Below are positions 55,870 to 64,000 of a DNA stretch of 64,000 nucleotides, in pieces. The stretch is from positions 1 through 64,000 of the IMG/VR virus record IMGVR_UViG_3300017991_005548. One strand, written 5' to 3'. How positions within the stretch are numbered: the first letter of the stretch is position 1; every line of letters starts with the position of its first letter. The notes beneath the pieces were generated by a model. That model was not told the DNA's origin. It did not search any database and saw only the letters and a program-made list of their open reading frames with translations. The position numbers and the translations under genes are program-made.

Positions 55870-56703
55870 CTACATTAACATTGCGTCTACTGATAAAGAT
55901 TCCCCAACATCTTTATTATACCCACCTTTTTGTAACAGACACGCCATTTTACCAATATATCTGTCACGAATAGGCTCAAAATACATACTTTTTATGAAAT
56001 TCCCCTGAATCCTGGCATAAATTGTAAACTTTCTCTCTTTATGCTCATAATTCACAAAAATATACATGTCTGAAACTGATTCCTTCGGATCGACAAGATA
56101 AGTGTGTTGTACAGGAACCTCCCTCATCTCTTCCTCAGTCTGAAACGGTCTCGTCCTCCCTTTAAATTTCATTCCAGATGTCAAAACCTTGACAGTTCTT
56201 GTTCTAAAGCTCTTCTCATCTCTCACTATAAGAATATTGTCATTGTTTCGAACCGCTTCTTGTAGATTAGTTGAACACTGGTGGTTTTTAATCCATTTAT
56301 CAACTACATACATCGCCCCCTTGTCTACAAAATCAAAAATCCTTTTCTTTGCATCTTTGGAGCACCAGTTATCTATCTTCGCGTTATCCTCTTTTGTTAA
56401 CTCATAAGTAAAATTAATTCTCTTCCCACTCTTAACTTTCTTAGGCTCTGGCTTAGGCTCTGGCTTAGGCTCTGGCTTAGGCTCTGGCTTAGGATTAGAC
56501 TCCAGAATCTTTTCCTCGAAACTTTCGATGAACTTAACTTCAACCTCTGAACACTCTATTGAATGTTCAGCAACTTTTATCGCTCTTGCCACACAATGAG
56601 GATTACCTTCTTCCAGAATAAAACAACAGTTTTCAATATCATTATGAAGATCAGCGAGTTCTTTCTTATACATCAAAGCTATGTCTTTCCAATCGTACAT
56701 CAA
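55870..56703 (-). CDS. Hypothetical protein with (PKPE)n linker
   Basis: 277 aa; 12-bp repeat x4 at 56441-56488. Confidence 0.65.
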   Translation of the reverse strand: MMYDWKDIALMYKKELADLHNDIENCCFILEEGNPHCVARAIKVAEHSIECSEVEVKFIESFEEKILESNPKPEPKPEPKPEPKPEPKKVKSGKRINFTYELTKEDNAKIDNWCSKDAKKRIFDFVDKGAMYVVDKWIKNHQCSTNLQEAVRNNDNILIVRDEKSFRTRTVKVLTSGMKFKGRTRPFQTEEEMREVPVQHTYLVDPKESVSDMYIFVNYEHKERKFTIYARIQGNFIKSMYFEPIRDRYIGKMACLLQKGGYNKDVGESLSVDAMLM

Positions 56704-58997
56704 ACAACCTGCAATATCTTCTTTCCCGTAGATAACTCTTTGATGATATTATTGAGGTTTGTGAATCGCCTCTTAATTGAGCTACGACTTGGAGCTAATC
56801 TATACATATGATCATTCCCATATATGTATAAATGTTTCTCGGCCCTAGTAAACCCTGTATAAACCAATTCTTTGTTCATCATGATAGATGCCTCAGATGA
56901 CATCAGCATAATGATATGCTTTGACTGAGATCCCTGGAATTTATGAACAGTAATCACCCAAGCGACCATGATCTCATCCATCTCCTGTCCATAGTAATAT
57001 ATGATATCATTATCAAACTTGACAAGTATGAACTTCTCTTTTTTGTCGCTTTTCTTTGGATCTCGAATCCTTTCCCCAAGATCAGTAATTACTCCCATAT
57101 CCCCATTAAACACACTCTTGTCATAATTATTCTTAATTTGGATAACTCTATCCCCAATATAGAATTTTTTGAACTCTCGCTCTAAGAATTTAGTGGTCAT
57201 GTTGTTTTTGGAAGCCATCTTCTGCTGAACAATTTCATTCAACCTATGAACTCCACAAGTTCCCTTCTTCATAGGAGAGATAATCTGAAGATCCTCGATA
57301 TCCTCTTTTTCAGTGTATTTGTCAATAAACTTGATTAATTCATCCTCAATAGTATTGGAATTCAACTCTTTCCATGTGATATCTGTAGCAGTTTCTGGTA
57401 TCGCAGTAACAACACCATTCGAAACACTATTAGCTATCAAACTAATATAGCTGTTTTCATCCTGCCTATGAATTTTATCAAGAGTCACAACATTTGCACA
57501 ACCCGATTTGACAATGTCTGCCAGAAAATTACCAGGAGAAACAGATGGCAACTGGTTCTTATCACCAACAAAAACAATATTGGTTCTAGGGTTACTGTCA
57601 ACAGCAACCATCAACGCATACATTGTATCAATACCTGCCATACTGATCTCATCTACCAGTAAAATCTCTTGTTCAATCCCTTTTCGAGGAAGAACATCAT
57701 CTGGGCCGATATCCAAGCCTCTATGAATAGTAGTAGCGGCTCCACCAGTCCTTTCAGACAACACTTTGGCCGCTTTTCCAGTTGGGGACATCATATTCAT
57801 AGAAAGTTTCTTCTTTCTTGCCAAATAATAGATACATCTACAAATTGTTGATTTTCCAGTACCACCACCACCAGTTATTACAGAGACCCTGTTATCAAAA
57901 ACACTTTTGATTGCCTGTTTCTGAGTTTCATCCAGTTTAATATCTCGCCCCAGGAAAAAAGATATATTTTTCTCGGCATCTTCTATATCTTTGTCACTGC
58001 ACTCATATCTGGATGGTTTCTGATTTCTTTTATGTAGAACTTCAGCAACAAACTGCTCTCTTTCCCAAATATGGGTTAAATATACGAATGACAGACCCTC
58101 TCCATGATCTTTTACAGCCGTAAATGGACTGCTGGGATCTTTGACAATATGCGGAATCAACTTGGCATAATTGCTATTAAATTGATTACCCAGAGCTTCA
58201 TCACATTCAGCCAATGTTTTAATTACTGACTTTTTCAAAGTGGTATAAGGTATACATAAATTCCCATTGGAAGAGGAGTCGTCTTTAATACAATATTCCA
58301 TACAAGCTGAGATCCGAAACTCAACCTTAACGTTTCTATTGATCTTATGAGCGATAACGTCAGCACTCAAAAACCCAATACCTCTCAAATTAGTCAACAG
58401 ATATGGATTCTCTTGAAGCTTTTCTTTGGTCTTATGTTCCCAAATTTCATATGCTTTATCAGCAAGTTTAACTGGGATATTGCATTTTATAAACCACTCA
58501 TATAGATTTCTCTTATGTTGTTTCTTTTGCCACTCTTCCTCAATAGCCTCAAGTCTGTTCTCTGTAATCCCGTTAATACATAACAACCTTTTCGGGTGAT
58601 TATCAAGGATATCAATTATCTCATCAACTTCAAAAGTTTTGAGTATTTCTGTCGCCCTTGACTCTTTGATGTTTGGCAGTTGCATCAGGAAACTTTTCAT
58701 GGCCTTCTGATTTGTTGGCACATCCTGATAATAACCAGAAGCTTTGTACTGTTTCCCTCTTTTCGGATCATCAACAAAATCGCCAACAAAAATATAACTA
58801 TGCCCTTCTGGCCTATCCCCTTCGGCCATCGTTTCTACAACAATAGTAAAAGACTTCCACCTTTCATTCATGTATGGTCGGACTAACTTCTGCAAACCTT
58901 TATTATATCTTTCACTATATGGATCTAGATTACAGGCAAGAATTGCAAAATTATCACGACGAAAAGTAACCTTCTCAACAATGCAGGGAAGTTCCAT
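56700..58997 (-). CDS. recD2: RecD2-like SF1B helicase
   Basis: HhH N-terminus, ENPY, TGGGGTGKS, SPTGKAA, VDE, GDKNQLPSV, RQ, TVHKFQGS, YTGFTRA. Confidence 0.9.
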   Translation of the reverse strand: MELPCIVEKVTFRRDNFAILACNLDPYSERYNKGLQKLVRPYMNERWKSFTIVVETMAEGDRPEGHSYIFVGDFVDDPKRGKQYKASGYYQDVPTNQKAMKSFLMQLPNIKESRATEILKTFEVDEIIDILDNHPKRLLCINGITENRLEAIEEEWQKKQHKRNLYEWFIKCNIPVKLADKAYEIWEHKTKEKLQENPYLLTNLRGIGFLSADVIAHKINRNVKVEFRISACMEYCIKDDSSSNGNLCIPYTTLKKSVIKTLAECDEALGNQFNSNYAKLIPHIVKDPSSPFTAVKDHGEGLSFVYLTHIWEREQFVAEVLHKRNQKPSRYECSDKDIEDAEKNISFFLGRDIKLDETQKQAIKSVFDNRVSVITGGGGTGKSTICRCIYYLARKKKLSMNMMSPTGKAAKVLSERTGGAATTIHRGLDIGPDDVLPRKGIEQEILLVDEISMAGIDTMYALMVAVDSNPRTNIVFVGDKNQLPSVSPGNFLADIVKSGCANVVTLDKIHRQDENSYISLIANSVSNGVVTAIPETATDITWKELNSNTIEDELIKFIDKYTEKEDIEDLQIISPMKKGTCGVHRLNEIVQQKMASKNNMTTKFLEREFKKFYIGDRVIQIKNNYDKSVFNGDMGVITDLGERIRDPKKSDKKEKFILVKFDNDIIYYYGQEMDEIMVAWVITVHKFQGSQSKHIIMLMSSEASIMMNKELVYTGFTRAEKHLYIYGNDHMYRLAPSRSSIKRRFTNLNNIIKELSTGKKILQVV

Positions 58998-59020
58998 GAG
59001 ATATCTCTTTCTTTGGGGGA

Positions 59021-60079
59021 TTAAATGGAGATCGTTACATATTCAATTTTTGATCTTCCATAAGTATAAACGAGGTGTAGGTTTCCGTCATTTTCTATCA
59101 TGTAAGGATAGCTCAACTCTTCGGAAACGCATTTGTCCTGATCTTCACTATCAATAGATTCTCTGACAACTAATTCATTAGCAACTTCAATATTCATAAC
59201 ATAATCAGGGTCTTCTTCATATGGATTATGTTTATCGTCTAATTTTATTTCTTGAATAACTAGTGGTTTTCTATAGAGTTCACTTGGATTGCTTACCAGG
59301 AATGCTCTTCCATCAACAGTAACAACATCAACCCCACTATTAGGATTAGGGAGATTCGTTTTTATCGGAGATATCCAGCCACTACCCATACTATACTGAA
59401 CACGTCTTGAGTAGTAGATACAATCTAATCCTCCAGAAGATCTGAAAAAAGCATGAGCATTATTATCTACATCTTTCCATATGGCAGGCTGAATAACCCC
59501 CATGCTGACACTTGGTCTTCCATTATATGGGTTCCTATATTGAACTTTTCGTTCTACTGCCAACGGTTTGCTTCTATAGGCATAATCCCACTTGCCATCT
59601 GAGATAATATATCCTTCCATATAGCTTACCCAATCGCAAAAAGTTTCAACCGAACTCCCACAAACAACACTATGCTCTCCAGTTGGGATGGGTTTCGTCT
59701 TTACAGGCCCATTCAAACCAGCAGGCAACGTTTGACTGTCATTTCTTATGTCTCTTTCGCAAGTAGAAGAATCCCAATCTGTTACATTATGAATGAAAGT
59801 CTGCCACCTATCACAAAACTGACCTGCTTTTTCAAACATCCATAGTTTATCTTTATGAGCAAAAAGAATTGGATTCCATCTTGGTGTAGGGTCTTGAGCA
59901 CCAAGAATAATATTTTCTCCTTCATCATTTAAATTGTGAAGAAAAATTGCTACATCAGGAGCGCCTTCTCTTGTGCCTCCGAACCAAGCAAAAACTGGAT
60001 GATCTTCCCAGAATTCTATAGTTGCGGCATGTACGGATCTTGTGGGGGTGTCTAAAAATCTTCTGTCTGTTATTTGCAT
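59021..60079 (-). CDS. BNR_2 sialidase-like beta-propeller
   Basis: HAATI, WFGGTREGAPDV, WNP, GPVK, QP, LPNPNSG, RxPL, SYP, HLVYT; start revised to MQITD. Confidence 0.7.
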   Translation of the reverse strand: MQITDRRFLDTPTRSVHAATIEFWEDHPVFAWFGGTREGAPDVAIFLHNLNDEGENIILGAQDPTPRWNPILFAHKDKLWMFEKAGQFCDRWQTFIHNVTDWDSSTCERDIRNDSQTLPAGLNGPVKTKPIPTGEHSVVCGSSVETFCDWVSYMEGYIISDGKWDYAYRSKPLAVERKVQYRNPYNGRPSVSMGVIQPAIWKDVDNNAHAFFRSSGGLDCIYYSRRVQYSMGSGWISPIKTNLPNPNSGVDVVTVDGRAFLVSNPSELYRKPLVIQEIKLDDKHNPYEEDPDYVMNIEVANELVVRESIDSEDQDKCVSEELSYPYMIENDGNLHLVYTYGRSKIEYVTISI

Positions 60080-60166
60080 CGTTGATCTCCAATAAAAAAC
60101 TCTGCTACCCAATAATTATACTATAAGATAGCAGAGTTTTTGAAATTTTCAAGGAAAAAGACTAAA

Positions 60167-61174
60167 TTAGTCGTAAACTACAACGAACATCTTTCCAGCA
60201 GGGCTAAAAGCTACTGCTGTATTTTCATCGTTATAGGTAGTTCCATTGAAATCGTTAATTACAGCAGGAATACCTTCTGTATTAACTTTAACCAATCTTG
60301 TGCCATTGGCCGCATTAGCATCAATAACGTAGAGGTTACCAGATGCATCTACGGAGCAGTGACGAAGTTCGTTGTACTGACAGTTAAATGCAGTTGTTCC
60401 AAGAGCTTTCCCTGCAACTCCAGATCCAGAATGGAGATAAACCCATCCACGAGGAGTAATTTTCTTGATTTTGTAGTTGGCAGTATCACAAACAAATACA
60501 TTACCATTCGCATCACAAGCAACGCCAAGAGGATTGTCGAAAAGAGTCTTTGCAGTAGTTGCAACATTTTCGCCGTCTCCAGCAGTATCACCTGCATAGG
60601 TATAAACCGTACCATCCTTAATTCTACGAATTGAGTCGTTACCTGAATCGGCAACATAAACAGTACCACTTGGATCTACATCAACATCCCATGGAGTATC
60701 AAACTTAGCGGCTCCACCAACGCCATCAGTATGACCAGCTACGCCACCACCGTCTCCAGCGAGAACGCTTACATAACCATCTCTGATAACTCTAATCTGG
60801 TTGTTTCCAGAATCAGCAACATAAATGTTACCACTGTTGTCGCAGGCCAAACCAACTGGAGCATTAAATCTAGCATCCAAAGCTGGGACGTTAGCCAATG
60901 TTCCGTTATCTCCTGAGGTTCCATCTTCTCCAGCGTAAAGAGAAACTCTTCCGCCTTCATCAATTTTGAGAATAGTATGTCTGTCTAAATCAGAGACATA
61001 GATATTACCACTATTGTCTACGCAAACACCAGATACAGAAACTGATCCTTTTGCAGTAAGCTGATTAGGGCCAGCTTCCAACTTAGCGGCAATCTCAGCA
61101 TCTGTTAAGTTAACACCAAGAGCCGCAGTCGTTGCAAGATCGCTCTGAGTTATTCTAATTACACTATTAGCCAT
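60167..61174 (-). CDS. NHL-repeat beta-propeller protein
   Basis: Repeated FNxPxGLAxDxxGNIYVADSGNxxIR; AGGAGG SD. Confidence 0.9.
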   Translation of the reverse strand: MANSVIRITQSDLATTAALGVNLTDAEIAAKLEAGPNQLTAKGSVSVSGVCVDNSGNIYVSDLDRHTILKIDEGGRVSLYAGEDGTSGDNGTLANVPALDARFNAPVGLACDNSGNIYVADSGNNQIRVIRDGYVSVLAGDGGGVAGHTDGVGGAAKFDTPWDVDVDPSGTVYVADSGNDSIRRIKDGTVYTYAGDTAGDGENVATTAKTLFDNPLGVACDANGNVFVCDTANYKIKKITPRGWVYLHSGSGVAGKALGTTAFNCQYNELRHCSVDASGNLYVIDANAANGTRLVKVNTEGIPAVINDFNGTTYNDENTAVAFSPAGKMFVVVYD

Positions 61175-61265
61175 TTTTATTCCTCCTAAAAACCATTTAA
61201 GGATTCATTCGTTTTCTTATTCTAGAAAACTTTTTGTTCTTCCTTTCTCACTTTACATTTTTTAT

Positions 61266-62600
61266 TTAGAGTCTGTTAGCCGCCTCTTCAGACAGCAATG
61301 ATCTTACTCCATCTCTAAGAATAACATGGGCAGAGTTACTTGAATCTTTGAACGCATCCAATACAACTGAAAGACCATTTGTCCTACGATCCAAATATGG
61401 GTTATCTATCTGTTCAATATCACCAGTTAGAATAACCTTTGTATTCTCTCCCGCTCTTGTTATGATCGTTTTTATCTCAAGTGGAGTAAGATTTTGAGCT
61501 TCATCGATAATGATATATTGATTATGAATACTCCTACCTCTTATATAAGTTAGAGGCTCAATAAAGATTTTATCACTAAGCTCAGCTATCTTTTTCCCAC
61601 TCATCTTCTTCTGACCCTTTTTCTCAGGTGATTTTGCTTTATTACTATGAACAATCTCCAAAGCATCATAAATGGGTTGCATCCATGGGTCTAACTTCTC
61701 ATTCACATCTCCTGGTAAAAAACCAATATCTCGACCCATTGGTTGAACAGGTCTACTAATGAGCATTTTTTCATACCTTTCTTCCTGCTCTACCATATAT
61801 TCACCAGCGGCTGTTGCAAGCAAGGTCTTCCCAGTCCCTGCCATTCCTACCAAACATACCAAATGGATATCATCATCTAACAATGCATCCAAAGCAAAAG
61901 CTTGCTCTCTATTTTTTGATTTAATCTTTAATGATGGAGGTAAAAAATCTAATCTCTCTACCATAGATCTGTCCTTACTGACTCTGGCAAGCATATTTTT
62001 GCTTTCATCTGGACTTTGGACCATTAGGTAGTAATTGCCCCAAGGAATGTCATCATCATCAAATACCCACTCTACAGGACATTCATCCTTTAGTTTAATT
62101 TCAGCATATGTTTTTCTATTAACCTCAACAGTACGGAATCCTTCATCAAGAATAACACTTTCGCATACTCTGGTTGCTTCATAGCATTCAGCCCTGATCC
62201 CAAGAGCATTCGCTTTCAGTCTAACGTTAATATCTCTTGAAATAACTATACACTCATTCTCTGGCTCTTGAGCCTTCATAATATCTGCAATATGAAGTAC
62301 ATGAAAATCGACATCCTTCTCCTTTCTATAGGTTCCTAAGTTGCCATTATAAATAACTCTTATTTGACCTTCCCTATCATCTCCTAATCTAACCCCTTTT
62401 CTTAAATCCCCCAATTCTCTGAATTTGTCGAGTGATCTAGAAACTTGACGGGAGTTTCGCCCTAACGCCCCATTGTCTCTTTTGAATGTGTCTAGCTCTT
62501 CAATCACTCCGATTGGAATAATCACAGTATGTTCCTCAAAACTGAATATCGCTTCAGGATCTTGCAACAGAACATTTGTGTCAATAACGAAATTTTTCAT
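61266..62600 (-). CDS. phoH: PIN-PhoH family protein (PhoH2/YlaK type)
   Basis: VIDTNVLL PIN domain; GMAGTGKT, GFLPG, YIRGRS, IIDEAQN, GDIEQID. Confidence 0.92.
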   Translation of the reverse strand: MKNFVIDTNVLLQDPEAIFSFEEHTVIIPIGVIEELDTFKRDNGALGRNSRQVSRSLDKFRELGDLRKGVRLGDDREGQIRVIYNGNLGTYRKEKDVDFHVLHIADIMKAQEPENECIVISRDINVRLKANALGIRAECYEATRVCESVILDEGFRTVEVNRKTYAEIKLKDECPVEWVFDDDDIPWGNYYLMVQSPDESKNMLARVSKDRSMVERLDFLPPSLKIKSKNREQAFALDALLDDDIHLVCLVGMAGTGKTLLATAAGEYMVEQEERYEKMLISRPVQPMGRDIGFLPGDVNEKLDPWMQPIYDALEIVHSNKAKSPEKKGQKKMSGKKIAELSDKIFIEPLTYIRGRSIHNQYIIIDEAQNLTPLEIKTIITRAGENTKVILTGDIEQIDNPYLDRRTNGLSVVLDAFKDSSNSAHVILRDGVRSLLSEEAANRL

Positions 62601-62618
62601 TATTCCTCCTTTATGGAT

Positions 62619-62981
62619 TTATTTTGGCGTGTTCTTCTTTTTCTCTTCTTTCTGGGAAGCCTTCACTTCATCCATAGAAGAGTAAACTTTTGTGACTTTG
62701 CCAAAAACTTTTTTGGTCCAACCATTGATTCGACCATGATTGTTTCCAATTAAACAACCACGTTTATCGTTTTTAGCTTTAACTAGGTGAGTATATAGGT
62801 TCCCTCGAACCTTGCAGTATACCATATCCCCGACTTCGGTATCCTGCCATGTGGTGGGTACAAGCTTTACTGGTTGCTTGCTTTTGATGAGTGGAGTCAT
62901 GCTGTTTCCAGGTTCTCGACTGATGATCGACTCCCCTTCCAACAACTTATTGACTTTCCAATTATGCATCCATTCTTCCAT
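62619..62981 (-). CDS. S24/S26 peptidase-like domain protein
   Basis: GNSMTPLI...VGDMV...YTHLVK. Confidence 0.55.
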   Translation of the reverse strand: MEEWMHNWKVNKLLEGESIISREPGNSMTPLIKSKQPVKLVPTTWQDTEVGDMVYCKVRGNLYTHLVKAKNDKRGCLIGNNHGRINGWTKKVFGKVTKVYSSMDEVKASQKEEKKKNTPK

Positions 62982-63092
62982 TCAGTGACTTTTGTTGGTC
63001 ATTAATTCAATAATGATCCGACCTTTTCCTACCGACACTATTTTAGGAAAATAAAATCAACATTTAAATCACTGTTCTACAACAAAATAGAA

Positions 63093-63296
63093 CTAAGAAT
63101 CCTTCTTCTCCTGTTCCCTTTGTTTCTTTGCATATGCTAAACGTTTATTCCAAGCCTTTCTTCTTCTTTCGCAAGCTTCACAAGGCTTTATGCCAAACGT
63201 CTTTGTAATTTTGGCGAATGTATCTCCGAAACCTTCAGAAGGTTGAGACCAAATCTTTTTTGTCCTATTCCAAAACCATTTTATCCACTTAATCAT
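63093..63296 (-). CDS. Small hypothetical protein
   Basis: GFGDT...GIKPCEACERR. Confidence 0.6.
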   Translation of the reverse strand: MIKWIKWFWNRTKKIWSQPSEGFGDTFAKITKTFGIKPCEACERRRKAWNKRLAYAKKQREQEKKDS

Positions 63297-63763
63297 AACT
63301 TCAAAAACCTCGAAAATAATTCCCTTGCCTTAGGGTCTTTTACAATCTCCAAACCGTGATCTATTATCATCCCATTCGGTCTATGTTTATTTCTGTCAAG
63401 TAAGTGAATAGCCCTTTCTGGACCCAAGAATTTGCAACCAACGATATAAGCAGTAGCAGAGCTTCTGGAAATGCCAGCCCAACAATGAACCATAAGATTT
63501 TTTGGGTTAACTTCTTTTACCCACTGAATAATCTCCTCAACATCCTCTTTCTTTGGAGAATGGTATCCCCAATCGTCATATCTCTTATATGGAACATCAT
63601 CCATATATTTGATCAGGATGTCTTTAGCATGCTTTTCTAAACCATTCAGTGGATGGTTATCCATTCTGTACTTACAATCCCTTAAAGAAATTACATGCCA
63701 TCTTTTAGAGTGTTGCTTCAACTCTTTTGCGGCTTCTTCTGCACTGAAAATTTGAATGTTCAT
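63293..63763 (-). CDS. Protein tyrosine/dual-specificity phosphatase-like protein
   Basis: VHCWAGISRS (Cx5R), downstream PN. Confidence 0.8.
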   Translation of the reverse strand: MNIQIFSAEEAAKELKQHSKRWHVISLRDCKYRMDNHPLNGLEKHAKDILIKYMDDVPYKRYDDWGYHSPKKEDVEEIIQWVKEVNPKNLMVHCWAGISRSSATAYIVGCKFLGPERAIHLLDRNKHRPNGMIIDHGLEIVKDPKARELFSRFLKL

Positions 63764-63841
63764 AATTACTTCCCTTATACTTAATTATACAAAGGCTTTT
63801 TGCCACTTTTACTTGAACAAAAACAAAAACGGCTTACTAAT

Positions 63842-64000
63842 ATGGATCTAATAGACTTCGGTTCTGGACACCCAAAACATTCAAAGTTTTTTGAATACTT
63901 TATCTCACAAACAGAGAATATTAAAATCAAACGATATCTAAGTATCGGTTCTTATAACCCAAAGAAACTCATTGATAAAAAAGTAGGATACTTTCAATTC
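63842..64000 (+). CDS. Partial divergent ORF running off the window end
   Basis: ATG at 63842, MDLIDFGSGHPKHSKFF..., open to 64000. Confidence 0.4.
   Translation, partial: MDLIDFGSGHPKHSKFFEYFISQTENIKIKRYLSIGSYNPKKLIDKKVGYFQF

Overview
About 35% GC (by eye), gene-dense window with essentially every gene on the minus strand, bacterial Shine-Dalgarno sites and the standard genetic code. No capsid or terminase gene is recognisable. The content (two tRNA operons, a free-standing endonuclease, PhoH, RecD2, a Pnk-like kinase/phosphatase, NUDIX, an extra release factor, tail-fibre-like LamG proteins) best fits a jumbo bacteriophage or similar large extrachromosomal element. Layout: 1-8.6 kb giant Ser-rich modular proteins (dockerin-like N-termini, one with an S1 protease); 10-11.8 kb Thr/Lys tRNA operon; 11.8-25.5 kb a family of 10 proteins sharing a Cys-containing N-terminal module plus poly-Ser linker plus variable C-terminal domain, interrupted by a release-factor gene; 25.6-27.1 kb Val/Ala/Ile tRNA operon with several tRNA-like RNAs; 28-53 kb a 31-gene glycosylation/methylation/sulfation cluster with NeuA/NeuB; 53-64 kb nucleic-acid and accessory genes. 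Main discovery, absent from the ORF track: each tRNA operon is preceded by a near-identical sigma70-type promoter, a short leader peptide whose control codons match the tRNAs downstream (MYATTKTTKTTKTTKK... for 3 tRNA-Thr + 3 tRNA-Lys; MKKRVEIAIAVVAVAVVA... for 2 Val + 3 Ala + Ile(UAU)), an antiterminator segment and an intrinsic terminator. This is the architecture of ribosome-mediated attenuation, applied to tRNA genes. In parallel, the RF1-type gene is split by CTT-TAG-C and needs a +1 frameshift, mirroring the CTT-TGA-C autoregulatory site of RF2. Together these suggest an element that senses shortages in the host translation apparatus and supplies the missing parts on demand. All family assignments are by-eye motif recognition; no searches were run.
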